Positions 1 to 9,361 of a stretch of 64,000 bases of DNA are shown one piece after another. The stretch comes from Candidatus Pelagibacter sp. (GTDB lineage: Bacteria > Pseudomonadota > Alphaproteobacteria > Pelagibacterales > Pelagibacteraceae). Where the stretch lies: contig NZ_OZ253498.1 of assembly GCF_965262185.1 (NCBI RefSeq), positions 939,820 to 1,003,819 of the forward strand, given 5' to 3'. Positions within the stretch are counted from its first letter, which is position 1, and every line of letters begins with the position of its first letter. Made by a program: the position numbers and the translations under genes. The notes beneath the pieces are model-generated. The model was not told where the DNA came from. It saw only the letters and a program-made list of their open reading frames with translations, and did no database searches.

Positions 1-350
1 TTCAAGAATAACTAAAAAGATTGCAGCAATTTAAAAACCTTAAGTTGTTTCGAAGATAAATTTCACACACACATTATATAAGATCTAAATACTTTCAAAT
101 TACTATATTTAGATTTAGTAAATCTTTGATCTTACACAATACAATCAATGTTTGATTCAATCTGTATTTGATTCAATCTAAAATTTTATTTTTAAGAAAA
201 TTTAAAACTAATTTAAAAATTTGTGTCCATAAAAAAAAATGATTGTGACAATAAATTCTACAATTGCAGATTTAATTTTTTTTTAATTTTAAATTTAATA
301 CTTGTTGCAAAATTTTTTAAATCGTTCTAACTGAGATCTTCCCTTAAGTT
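1..350. promoter_or_regulatory. dnaA 5' non-coding region (candidate dnaA promoter / replication-control region)
   Basis: Largest non-coding stretch in the window, directly upstream of dnaA. It contains direct and inverted repeats (next feature and findings). I could not find a consensus DnaA box (TTATCCACA). Confidence 0.4.
151..179. repeat. 13-bp perfect direct repeat tttgattcaatct x2 (151-163 and 167-179, 16-bp period)
   Basis: Read directly from the sequence. Each copy contains one GANTC (gattc) site and the near-palindrome ttgaNtcaa. Confidence 0.9.
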
Positions 351-1769
351 ATGAATAAATCTTTTACAAATAAAAATATTAATAATTTTGCTTCAGAAGA
401 GATCGATTGGCAACAAATTCAATCTGAAATGAAGAATAAATTAGGTTTGGAAATTTATGAAAGTTGGTTAAAAAAAATATCATTTCTTGAGGAGCATAAT
501 AATTATTTACTTTTATCTGTTCCAACTAGATTTATCAGAGACTGGATTACTTCGAGGTATTTAGACCAAATTCTGAAAATAATTAAATTGTATAAAAAAG
601 ATATAATTAGAATTGAATTTAAAATTATTGATCAAAAAGTTGATAAGGATTTAAAAGAAACAACAAATATTGAAAATACCCAAAATGAAAATGTTTCATT
701 TATAAAAGACTCGTACCTTCAGTACAACCGAATAGATCCAAACAAACGATTTGATAACTTTATAACTGGATCAAGCAATAAACTTGCATATGAAGCTTCT
801 ACAAAGGTTACAGAAACTATCTCTCATTATAATCCACTCTATATCTATGGTGGTGTAGGAATGGGGAAAACTCACTTATTAAATTCTATTGGTTTTGAAA
901 TGAAGAAAAAAAATAAAGTGATGTTCATTTCTGCTGAACGTTTCATGTATCAGTTCGTAAAATCAATTAAATCAAATGATATGGTTAAGTTTAAAGAATA
1001 TTTTAGAAATACTGATATTTTATTAATAGATGACATCCAGTTTATTAGCGGCAAAGAAGCAATGCAGGAAGAATTTTTTCATACATTCAATGCTTTGTTA
1101 GACAAAGGATCACAAATTATCGTGTCTGCTGATAGAGCACCTAATAAATTAATGCGAATTCAAGAGAGAATTAAGTCTAGATTTTCGGGGGGTTTCGTCG
1201 TTGACATTCAAAAACCTGATTTAGAATTACGAAAAAAAATAGTTCAAAAAAAAACAGAAGAATTAAACAATTTATATTCAGATCAGCTTGAAGTATCAAA
1301 AGACATACAAGATTTTATCAGCAATGAGATTTCTGGAAGTGTTAGAGAATTAGTTGGAGCAGTTAATAGAATAGTATCATTTTCAAGAATTTATAATAAA
1401 GTTCCAAATTTATCTGAAACTAAAGTGGTATTAAAAGATCTTTTAAATATTTCAGAAAATAAAGTAACAATAGATTTAATACAGACTATTGTGTGTAAGT
1501 TTTTCAAGATAAGCAAAAATGAAATGCTTTCTTCAAGAAGATCAAGATATCTTGTAAGACCAAGACAGACAGCAATTTACTTAACTAAAATTTTAACTTC
1601 AAAATCATTACCAGAAATAGGTAGAGAGTTCTCGAATAGAGACCACACAACAATTATCCACTCTGTTAAAACAATCGAGAAAATCAAAGAAAAAGATCCA
1701 GAAATGGTAGATAATATTAATAAACTTAAAAATCAGATATTATACAATAACAAAGAAAATGAAATTTAA
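351..1769 (+). CDS. dnaA: chromosomal replication initiator DnaA
   Basis: 472-aa ORF with Walker A GGVGMGKTHLL, Walker B LLIDDIQF and a C-terminal DnaA DNA-binding signature (RPRQTAIYL...NRDHTTIIHSVK). dnaN follows. Confidence 0.97.
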   Translation: MNKSFTNKNINNFASEEIDWQQIQSEMKNKLGLEIYESWLKKISFLEEHNNYLLLSVPTRFIRDWITSRYLDQILKIIKLYKKDIIRIEFKIIDQKVDKDLKETTNIENTQNENVSFIKDSYLQYNRIDPNKRFDNFITGSSNKLAYEASTKVTETISHYNPLYIYGGVGMGKTHLLNSIGFEMKKKNKVMFISAERFMYQFVKSIKSNDMVKFKEYFRNTDILLIDDIQFISGKEAMQEEFFHTFNALLDKGSQIIVSADRAPNKLMRIQERIKSRFSGGFVVDIQKPDLELRKKIVQKKTEELNNLYSDQLEVSKDIQDFISNEISGSVRELVGAVNRIVSFSRIYNKVPNLSETKVVLKDLLNISENKVTIDLIQTIVCKFFKISKNEMLSSRRSRYLVRPRQTAIYLTKILTSKSLPEIGREFSNRDHTTIIHSVKTIEKIKEKDPEMVDNINKLKNQILYNNKENEI

Positions 1770-2871
1770 CGTCAACCAACAAGATCTCCAGCAAGCACTA
1801 AATTATTGTCAGGGTGTAATTGAAAAAAGAAGCACCTTACCAATTTTATCTAATATTCTATTAGATGCCAGTAATTCTAAATTAACGATTACTGCTACAG
1901 ATCTTGATTTGATTTTTATACATCAGCTTAATAATGTTGAAATTCTGGATGAAGGAAAAACAACAACAACGTCGTCAATTATGTATGACATAATCAGAAA
2001 ATTAACATCAGGAAAAAAAATTAACCTTACTCTTACCGATATAAGTAAATTACAAGTAGAATCGGAAAAATCAATTTTTAATTTAAATTGTATCAGTGCT
2101 ACCGAGTTTCCATTGACTGATGAAAACTTTAATGAAAATGAATTTACAATAAAATCAAAACAATTATTGAAGCTTCTAAATAAATGTAAGTTTTCTGTTT
2201 CAAATGATGAAACTCGACATTATTTAAGTGGTATTTATTTTCACCAAACCGAAGTTGAGGATAAAAATTATTTAACAGCTGTTGCTACGGACAGTCACAG
2301 AATGTCGATTTCAAAAATCAGACTAGATGAAAAAATTGAATTTGATCCTATTATACTTCCTAAAAAAACAATTTTTCAACTTTGTTCACTGTTAGATAGT
2401 TATGATGGTGATGTAAAAGTATCAAATCTAAAGTCAAAAATTAAGTTTGAGCTAAATAATAGTATTTTAATTTCAAAACTTATTGATGGAAAATTCCCGA
2501 ATTACATTCAGGTAATTCCTAAAAATAATCAAAAAAAATTAGAAATTGATTTAAAACTTTTCTTAAACTCAGTTGATAGAGTAGCTTCCGTATCTCTGGA
2601 TAAAAAAGATGGTGTAAAATTTAATTTATCAAATGATACTCTTAATCTTTCGGTAAATAATACTAATAGTGGAGACGGACAAGAAACATTAAATGTTAAA
2701 TTTGATCACGACTTAGAAATAAGTTTTAACTCCAGATATTTGATTGATGTAGCTTCACAATTAGATGGTGATAGAGTCGAAATCTTCTTTAATGATACTG
2801 GTTCACCAGCTTTAATAAAAGATCCAGGCGATTTTGATAGTATTTATGTTGTGATGCCAATGAAGGGTTAA
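1759..2871 (+). CDS. dnaN: DNA polymerase III beta sliding clamp
   Basis: 370-aa ORF overlapping the dnaA end by 11 nt. Beta-clamp length and motifs (LPILSNILL, ATDSHRM, C-terminal YVVMPMKG). Canonical dnaA-dnaN synteny. Confidence 0.95.
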   Translation: MKFNVNQQDLQQALNYCQGVIEKRSTLPILSNILLDASNSKLTITATDLDLIFIHQLNNVEILDEGKTTTTSSIMYDIIRKLTSGKKINLTLTDISKLQVESEKSIFNLNCISATEFPLTDENFNENEFTIKSKQLLKLLNKCKFSVSNDETRHYLSGIYFHQTEVEDKNYLTAVATDSHRMSISKIRLDEKIEFDPIILPKKTIFQLCSLLDSYDGDVKVSNLKSKIKFELNNSILISKLIDGKFPNYIQVIPKNNQKKLEIDLKLFLNSVDRVASVSLDKKDGVKFNLSNDTLNLSVNNTNSGDGQETLNVKFDHDLEISFNSRYLIDVASQLDGDRVEIFFNDTGSPALIKDPGDFDSIYVVMPMKG

Positions 2872-3569
2872 TTTATTAAATCTAATTCTTGATAGATATT
2901 TTTTTCTAGAGTTTTTAAAAATTCATTTTTTTCTAGTCCAGCTGAAATAGGTTTTAATATTGATATAGTAATTGTTCTATTGCTATTTTTTTCACCTTTT
3001 TTTGGCCATACGTAACCAGAGTTTATGGCTACTGGTAAACAATTTATTTTTAATTCTTCATATATCCTTGAGGCTCCTTTTTTAAATGGTGTTCTATCGT
3101 CAGGTAATACCCTGGTACCTTGAGGAAAAATAATTAATGGACGATTTGATTGTGATATTGTTTTTGAAATATCATTAAAAAAACCCAAATTATCTTTAGT
3201 TGTTTTATTTCTATTTATTGAAATTGATCCTATTTTTTTTAAATACCAACCAAATATTGGAATTTGAAGAAGCTCTTTCTTTAAAATAAAAACTGGTGAA
3301 TTAAAAATAGTTTGCAAATAAAAAGTTTCAAACATTGATTGATGAGATGCAGCAATAAAAAATTTATCCTCTTTGATTATATTTTCTTCACCTTTGATAA
3401 GGATTTTTACTGAAAGGATAAACCTTAAGCAAATACCAGTCCAATAGCCCATTAATTTGCCACCAATTAAAACAATTTTTCTTGGTAGAAAAAAAGAAGG
3501 TAAAAAAATTACAGAAATAAAAATAATTCCAGTAAAAAAAAATATTGAAAATAAAATGTTTCTTATCAT
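2868..3569 (-). CDS. plsC: 1-acyl-sn-glycerol-3-phosphate acyltransferase
   Basis: 233 aa with an N-terminal TM helix and acyltransferase blocks SHQSMFE (HX4D/E type) and IFPQGTR. Confidence 0.85.
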   Translation of the reverse strand: MIRNILFSIFFFTGIIFISVIFLPSFFLPRKIVLIGGKLMGYWTGICLRFILSVKILIKGEENIIKEDKFFIAASHQSMFETFYLQTIFNSPVFILKKELLQIPIFGWYLKKIGSISINRNKTTKDNLGFFNDISKTISQSNRPLIIFPQGTRVLPDDRTPFKKGASRIYEELKINCLPVAINSGYVWPKKGEKNSNRTITISILKPISAGLEKNEFLKTLEKNIYQELDLIN

Positions 3570-3580
3570 TGTCTCAAAAG

Positions 3581-4795
3581 CTAAATTAAATCTTTATGCT
3601 TTTGTCTTTTTCTAATTATTTTTATTTTGTTGTTTTTAATTAATATTTCTAATGGTTTTGTTCTTAAATTATAATTTGAACTTAGTGACATTCCGTAAGC
3701 ACCAACATCACATATTGCAACATAGTCCTTTTCTTGAAGTTCTTGAAAGTTTTTAATAGTTACAAACTTGTCTGTACTTTCACATATAGGTCCTACAAAT
3801 TCATAAGTTTTTTTGGAAACTTTTCCAGATTTAATAACAGGTAAAGTTTTATGAATTGCACCATATAATGCTGGTCTCATCAAATCATTCATTGCTGCAT
3901 CTAATATAATGAATTTTTTACTTTCACTATCTTTTATGTAAATTACTTTTGTAATTAATGTTCCAGAATTTCCTATTATAGATCTTCCTGGTTCAAATAT
4001 AATTTTACATTTTTTATTTTTTAAAAATTTTTTAATAGCTAAATTATATTTTTTATAATTAAGTTTTTTATTTTTCTCTGTGTAAGAAATTCCCATACCA
4101 CCACCTAAATCGATGTATTCAAATTCATGAGATGTTTTCTTTAAAATATTATCGACTACTTTAAGCATTTTTTCATAAGGCTTATGATCTAAAATTTGGC
4201 TTCCAATATGAACACTAAGGCAATTAAGATTTATATTTTGTGAACTTTTGCAATAATCAATTATTTCATAAAATGTTTTTTCATTTACACCAAACTTATT
4301 CTCTTTTTTACCGGTCGAAATTTGGCTTAATGTTTTTGCATCAGTATTAGGATTTAATCTTAAACCAATTTTCACAATTTTATTTTTTTGTCTAGCCACT
4401 CTATTTATTTCTACTACTTCACTTTTCGACTCTGCGTTAATTAGTAAAATTTTTTTATCTATTGCGTAACTTATTTCATTTGTAGTTTTACCAACTCCTG
4501 AAAAGACAATTTTTTTTGGACTAATACCTGCTTTAAGGGCCATCATCATTTCACCAACAGATACTACATCAGCTCCAAAACCAAATTTTGATATCTCATT
4601 TATTAAATTTACATTGGTATTTGATTTAACCGCGAAACATATCAATGGTGATATTGATTTAAAATTTTTTTTAAAATTTAATATATTTTCTTTTAATGTT
4701 GAGTATGAATAGCAATATGTTGGTGTACCATATTTTTTCGCAATCTTTAGAAAGTTAACTTTATCAATAGATAATTTTTTATTTATGTATTTCAT
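3581..4795 (-). CDS. lysA: diaminopimelate decarboxylase
   Basis: 404 aa. Group IV PLP decarboxylase motifs: FAVKSN (PLP lysine), GGGMGI, EPGRSIIG, CESTD. Confidence 0.92.
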   Translation of the reverse strand: MKYINKKLSIDKVNFLKIAKKYGTPTYCYSYSTLKENILNFKKNFKSISPLICFAVKSNTNVNLINEISKFGFGADVVSVGEMMMALKAGISPKKIVFSGVGKTTNEISYAIDKKILLINAESKSEVVEINRVARQKNKIVKIGLRLNPNTDAKTLSQISTGKKENKFGVNEKTFYEIIDYCKSSQNINLNCLSVHIGSQILDHKPYEKMLKVVDNILKKTSHEFEYIDLGGGMGISYTEKNKKLNYKKYNLAIKKFLKNKKCKIIFEPGRSIIGNSGTLITKVIYIKDSESKKFIILDAAMNDLMRPALYGAIHKTLPVIKSGKVSKKTYEFVGPICESTDKFVTIKNFQELQEKDYVAICDVGAYGMSLSSNYNLRTKPLEILIKNNKIKIIRKRQKHKDLI

Positions 4796-4926
4796 TACAC
4801 TCTATTTTTAGAGAATAGATTTAAATAAACTTTGTTTTTGTCTTCTTGGTATACAGGGTCACCTTTCTTGCCACATGAAAATAACAGTAGCAACATAACC
4901 AACATAAATGTGATTTTTTTTATCAT
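4795..4926 (-). CDS. small lipoprotein, LptM/YifL-like (43 aa; not in the supplied ORF track)
   Basis: My own translation of the minus strand gives MIKKITFMLVMLLLLFSCGKKGDPVYQEDKNKVYLNLFSKNRV. It has a KK n-region, a hydrophobic core, an LFSC lipobox and CGKKGDP after the Cys. The ATG overlaps the argH TGA (ATGA) and the TAA overlaps the lysA ATG (TAATG). Confidence 0.6.
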   Translation of the reverse strand: MIKKITFMLVMLLLLFSCGKKGDPVYQEDKNKVYLNLFSKNRV

Positions 4927-6314
4927 TTTAGTTTCTTATATTTAGTTATCATTTTTTTAATATTTTCAAAAGAAGTTCCCCCAAATGATTTTTTTGAATT
5001 TATAGAGCTTTTTAAATTGAAAATTTCCAAAACTTTTTCTGTCAATTTTGGTTCAATTTTTTTGAGTTCGTTTAAAGTTAATTCGTTTAAATTTTTCTTT
5101 CTTTTTTCAGCCATGTTAACAATAGCAGCCGTTTTTTGATATGCCTTTCTAAATGACATGTTGTGTTCTCTAACTAAATAATCAGCTAGATCTGTTGCCG
5201 TAATATGACCTGTATTTGCAAGCTCAAGCATTTTCTTTTTATTCGCACTGCAATTTTTTAAAACTTCATTAAATATTTTTAAGCAATTTATGAGAGTGTC
5301 ATTAGAATTAAAAACTAATTCTTTATCATCCTGTAAATCTTTAAAATAGGATATTGGCAAGCCCTTTAGTATAGTTAGCATAGAAAAAAAATTTCCATAA
5401 GAAACACCAGTTTTTCCTCTTAGATATTCTAGAAGATCAGGGTTCTTTTTTTGAGGCATAATTGAAGAGCCTGTAACAACTTTATCTGACAAGTTGATTA
5501 AGTTAAATCCATCTGAATTCCATATAATTAATTCCTCTGCAATTCTAGAAATATGCATTGAACATACTGAAACAGCATAAAGAAAATCGAGCACAAAGTC
5601 TCTATCTGAAACTGTATCTATTGAATTATTGGTTGGTCTTTTAAATCCAAGTTTTTTAGATGTAAAATTTCTATCTATATTAAATGAAGTGCCTGATAGA
5701 GCCGCTACACCTAATGGACTTTCATCTAAACTATCTAAATTGTTTAAAAATCTTTTTTTATCTCTGGTAAACATTTCCACATAAGCCATTAAATAATGGC
5801 CAAATGATATAGCTTGAGCATTTTTAAGATGAGTGAATCCTGGCATAATAGTCTCAACATTTTTTTCAGCCAGTTTAATTGTACTTTTGATTACTTTATC
5901 TATATTGTTATTAATATCTTTTGTTGCAGTTTTAATCCAAATTTTAAAATCAGTTATTACCTGATCATTTCTTGATCTAGCTGTATGAATGTATCCAGCT
6001 TCATCACCAATTATTTGAAACAATCTTTTCTCTATATTCATATGAATGTCTTCATATTTTTTATTAAATTCAAATTTTTTGCGAGTTATTTCTTTATAAA
6101 TTTTATTTAGACCATAAATAATTTTATTTTTTATTTTAAAGGAAATTATCTTTTGTCTAAAAAGCATTTCAACATGTGCAATGGATCCTTGGATGTCTTC
6201 TTTATAAAGTCTCTTGTCTATATCAATAGAATTACCAACTTTTTGAAATAGGTTTGACGCCTCTTTTTGTATTCGCGTGTTCCATATTGCTTGGTTGTTT
6301 TTATTTTTTGCCAT
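4923..6314 (-). CDS. argH: argininosuccinate lyase
   Basis: 463 aa with the fumarate-lyase signature GSSIMPQKKNPD and the typical ArgH N-terminus. Confidence 0.95.
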   Translation of the reverse strand: MAKNKNNQAIWNTRIQKEASNLFQKVGNSIDIDKRLYKEDIQGSIAHVEMLFRQKIISFKIKNKIIYGLNKIYKEITRKKFEFNKKYEDIHMNIEKRLFQIIGDEAGYIHTARSRNDQVITDFKIWIKTATKDINNNIDKVIKSTIKLAEKNVETIMPGFTHLKNAQAISFGHYLMAYVEMFTRDKKRFLNNLDSLDESPLGVAALSGTSFNIDRNFTSKKLGFKRPTNNSIDTVSDRDFVLDFLYAVSVCSMHISRIAEELIIWNSDGFNLINLSDKVVTGSSIMPQKKNPDLLEYLRGKTGVSYGNFFSMLTILKGLPISYFKDLQDDKELVFNSNDTLINCLKIFNEVLKNCSANKKKMLELANTGHITATDLADYLVREHNMSFRKAYQKTAAIVNMAEKRKKNLNELTLNELKKIEPKLTEKVLEIFNLKSSINSKKSFGGTSFENIKKMITKYKKLK

Positions 6315-6338
6315 GATATTTAGTTATACCTAATTAAT

Positions 6339-6848
6339 ATGAGAATTTTAGCATTATTTATTTTTTTAATTACAACTGCAGAAGCTAGTGATTTACCGAA
6401 CATTAAAAATATTGTTATTCATAAAGTTCCAAAAACGTATGAAAACGTATTTTTTTTAAATAAAAAAAATGAAAAAATTAAAATTAATGATTTCAAAGGA
6501 AAATTGTTAGTTTTAAATTTTTGGGCTACCTGGTGTCCCCCATGCAAAGAAGAGATGCCTTCATTAGACAATATGCAAGCAAATTCATCACTTAATAATT
6601 TAAAAGTTTTTCCTATTAATATTGGGAAAGAAAAACTAAATAAAGTTGAAGAATTTTTTGTAAAATTAAACTTAAAAAATTTGGAACCTTTTTTTGATCC
6701 AGAAGTAACTTTAGCTAAAACTTTTTCTCTAAGAGGAGTTCCAACATCAATATTTATAAATAAAGAAGGTGAGGAATTTGCAAGGGTTCTTGGTGACTTA
6801 GACTTTAATAACAAAGATTTTTTAAAGTGGATTGAGAAATATAATTAG
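6339..6848 (+). CDS. periplasmic thiol:disulfide oxidoreductase, TlpA/ResA-like thioredoxin fold
   Basis: 169 aa with a signal peptide and the thioredoxin active site WATWCPPCKEEMP. Confidence 0.85.
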   Translation: MRILALFIFLITTAEASDLPNIKNIVIHKVPKTYENVFFLNKKNEKIKINDFKGKLLVLNFWATWCPPCKEEMPSLDNMQANSSLNNLKVFPINIGKEKLNKVEEFFVKLNLKNLEPFFDPEVTLAKTFSLRGVPTSIFINKEGEEFARVLGDLDFNNKDFLKWIEKYN

Positions 6849-7048
6849 TTTTTAAAAAAATATGCGAAAGCTACCAAAACAAGTATAGCCACAAATTGCA
6901 GTAGAACTCTAAGCTGCATTAGTTTATTTGAATATTTTTTACTTGTTTCTCCACCTTTAAATAAAGTTCCAATACCCAAAACCAAAACTATTCCAACTGC
7001 TATTAAAAGAGCGATAGATAAAATTTTAACTAATATTCCAGAAAACAT
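6845..7048 (-). CDS. HIG1-domain / twin-transmembrane-helix small protein
   Basis: Uses the internal Met of the 94-aa ORF: MFSGILVKILSIALLIAVGIVLVLGIG...KLMQLRVLLQFVAILVLVAFAYFF. Two TM helices with the conserved R-V-x-x-Q between them. The longer ORF would overlap the divergent neighbour. Confidence 0.65.
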   Translation of the reverse strand: MFSGILVKILSIALLIAVGIVLVLGIGTLFKGGETSKKYSNKLMQLRVLLQFVAILVLVAFAYFFKN

Positions 7049-7097
7049 ATTATTATTGTAGTGTGTTTTTAAAAATAAAAAACATAATAAATCATCT

Positions 7098-7748
7098 ATG
7101 ACATTTTGCCTTAATTCAATCATCATCAAACCAGAAGAAGGAACAGAAATTAAGAATGCGATAATTTTACTTCATGGGTATGGTGGAGATGGAAAAGACA
7201 TAAGTATGTTAACTTTAAATTGGAAAAGACATCTGCCAAACACTATTTTTATTTGTCCTAATGGACATGAAAAGTGTGCAATTAATCCATCAGGATATCA
7301 ATGGTTTGATTTAACTAAAGAAGATCCATCTTATATTCTTGAAGAATCAATTAAAGCTGAAAATGTTATTAAAAAATTTATTGAGGAAGTTAAAACTGAA
7401 TACAACTTATCAAATCAACAAATTTGTTTATCAGGCTTTAGCCAGGGCTGCATGATGTCTTTGAATGTTGGTCTTACTTCAAACGAAAAATTTTTATGTG
7501 TTGTAGGATTTTCTGGAAAGATAATAGATCAAATTAATTTAAAAAATAGAATCAATAACAGCACTGATACATTATTAATACATGGTGATGCTGATCAAAT
7601 TGTTCCATCAACACATTTACTTGAAGCTAAAGATTTTTTAATCCGAAATAATATTCCAGTTGAAACGTTATTAATAAAAAATTGTGATCATCACATTCCT
7701 ATTGAGGCATCAAGTACAGCTTTAAATTATATTTTAAAAAAAATTTAA
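7098..7748 (+). CDS. phospholipase/carboxylesterase family alpha/beta hydrolase
   Basis: 216 aa with LLHGYGGDG, the nucleophile elbow GFSQGCMM, and a late HGDADQIVP ... DHHI catalytic Asp/His arrangement. Confidence 0.8.
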   Translation: MTFCLNSIIIKPEEGTEIKNAIILLHGYGGDGKDISMLTLNWKRHLPNTIFICPNGHEKCAINPSGYQWFDLTKEDPSYILEESIKAENVIKKFIEEVKTEYNLSNQQICLSGFSQGCMMSLNVGLTSNEKFLCVVGFSGKIIDQINLKNRINNSTDTLLIHGDADQIVPSTHLLEAKDFLIRNNIPVETLLIKNCDHHIPIEASSTALNYILKKI

Positions 7749-7795
7749 CATCTGATCATATTGATTATGATGTTAAACTAAGTTAATGTTTAATA

Positions 7796-8365
7796 GTGAA
7801 TAATTTTATTGAACAAGATGTATCATTAGAAAAATGTCCTGCATTAGTTCTAAACGCTGATTATAGACCTCTTAGCTATTACCCACTATCATTATGGTCA
7901 TGGCAAGACACTGTGAAATCAGTTTTTCTTGATAGAGTTATAATTGTAAGTAATTACGATAGAACTATCAGAAGCCCTTCATTTAATATGAAGCTACCAA
8001 GTGTTATAGCTTTAAAAGACTATATTGTTCCTCAAACGAAACCAAGTTTTACTAGATTTAACGTTTTTTTAAGAGATAAATTCTCTTGTCAATATTGTGG
8101 AAGTAATGAGGAACTTACTTTTGATCATTTGCTTCCTAGATCTAAAGGTGGAGAGACAAATTGGGACAATGTTGTTACAGCTTGTTCAGCTTGTAATGTA
8201 AAAAAAGGTGGAAAATTATTAAAACATTCAGGAATGAAATTAAATCAATATCCATTCAGACCTTCAACAGAAGATTTACATAAAAATGGCAAGAACTTTC
8301 CTCCTAATTTTTTACATAAAAGTTGGATGGATTATTTGTATTGGGATGTTGAATTAGAAAACTAA
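7796..8365 (+). CDS. HNH endonuclease family protein
   Basis: 189 aa with a GTG start. HNH core CQYCG...LTFDHLLPRSKGGETNWDNVVTACSACNVKKG. Confidence 0.8.
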   Translation: MNNFIEQDVSLEKCPALVLNADYRPLSYYPLSLWSWQDTVKSVFLDRVIIVSNYDRTIRSPSFNMKLPSVIALKDYIVPQTKPSFTRFNVFLRDKFSCQYCGSNEELTFDHLLPRSKGGETNWDNVVTACSACNVKKGGKLLKHSGMKLNQYPFRPSTEDLHKNGKNFPPNFLHKSWMDYLYWDVELEN

Positions 8366-8895
8366 ATTTTTTCAGAAATATTAATTGCAATTTTAGAACC
8401 AGTTTTAATTATTTTATCTAAAATACTATAAGGTCCCTTTTTAGTTGCGCCTTTTTCATAAGCGATATCTTTATGATTAAGCTCATCTTCTCTAAATTTT
8501 GTAATTTTGTTTTTGAGAAATTTTTCATCTTCATCTAATTGATTAATTTGATTTAAGTAGTGTTCATCAATTACTTCCTCTACAGACGCCGTGCATAGCA
8601 TGGCTGCTTTTTTCCCTAACAAAGTAGAACCAAATCCTAAACCAACACCTAGTAAATCCCAAAGTGGCAAAAATTTTGTAGGAGCAATGTTTCTTTTCTT
8701 AATTTCGTGTTCAAAGAACTCGCTATGTTCCTTTTCATGAATTTTCATATCTTCTATAATTTTTTTCAAACCTTCATCTTTTACAAATGTGTTTAAAGCT
8801 AATAATTGACCTTCATATATTTTAACTGCTCCACGCTCACCAGCATGATCTACCCTTATAAATTCTTCAATTTTTTTTTTACTTACTTTTGGCAT
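8362..8895 (-). CDS. coq7: demethoxyubiquinone hydroxylase, COQ7 family (di-iron carboxylate)
   Basis: 177 aa with RVDHAGERGAVKIYEGQ and two ExxH iron ligand motifs (HEKEH, DELNH). Confidence 0.85.
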   Translation of the reverse strand: MPKVSKKKIEEFIRVDHAGERGAVKIYEGQLLALNTFVKDEGLKKIIEDMKIHEKEHSEFFEHEIKKRNIAPTKFLPLWDLLGVGLGFGSTLLGKKAAMLCTASVEEVIDEHYLNQINQLDEDEKFLKNKITKFREDELNHKDIAYEKGATKKGPYSILDKIIKTGSKIAINISEKI

Positions 8896-9361
8896 AGTTT
8901 AAATAAATCTTTAATGTATTGATTGCAATTAGTATAGAAATTACAATATTATAAGTTGTAAGAGATAATCCAAAAATTTTAAATGTTACATCTTTGCAGC
9001 TCACTTTTTTTTCTTGCAATTGTTTTAAAATTTCTTCTTTAGAAGTTACTCCAGAGCCATTTTTCAGGTCACAAACTAAAGATTCTTCAATAAACCCCTG
9101 TTCTATTCCAAAATGATAAACTGACAAGATAGTAGCTGTTAAAAAAACTATTATCAATAAAACTAAAAATAGTTTCTCAAACTGAGAAAATTTATAATTC
9201 AAGAGTATAATTACTATTGCAACTACATATGGAATTCTCTCTAAAATACAAAGATTACATGGTTGATGACCTAAAACATACTCAATAAAAAACGCTGATA
9301 TTAAAGCAATGAAACTGACAAATAAAATTAGATTAAGCAATAATGATTTGTTATTAAGCAT
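8879..9361 (-). CDS. disulfide bond formation protein DsbB family
   Basis: 160 aa with 4 TM helices, the first-loop CxxC (HQPCNLCILERIPY) and a second periplasmic Cys pair (C...C around VCDL/SCKD). Confidence 0.7.
   Translation of the reverse strand: MLNNKSLLLNLILFVSFIALISAFFIEYVLGHQPCNLCILERIPYVVAIVIILLNYKFSQFEKLFLVLLIIVFLTATILSVYHFGIEQGFIEESLVCDLKNGSGVTSKEEILKQLQEKKVSCKDVTFKIFGLSLTTYNIVISILIAINTLKIYLNYAKSK

Noticed and set aside
1-350. Calling this region oriC with DnaA boxes or CtrA sites.
   Set aside because: I found no 9-mer close to TTATCCACA (the best matches share only about 5 of 9 positions). TTAA-N7-TTAA-like patterns are expected by chance in DNA this AT-rich. In alphaproteobacteria the origin is often not next to dnaA. 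I therefore report only the repeats that are actually visible.
2868-3569. PlsC catalytic motif reads HQSMFE (HX4E) rather than HX4D, raising the possibility of an inactive enzyme.
   Set aside because: To my knowledge HQSxxE is a common conservative variant in one PlsC/LPAAT subfamily. The other blocks (FPQGTR) are intact, so I do not consider it anomalous.
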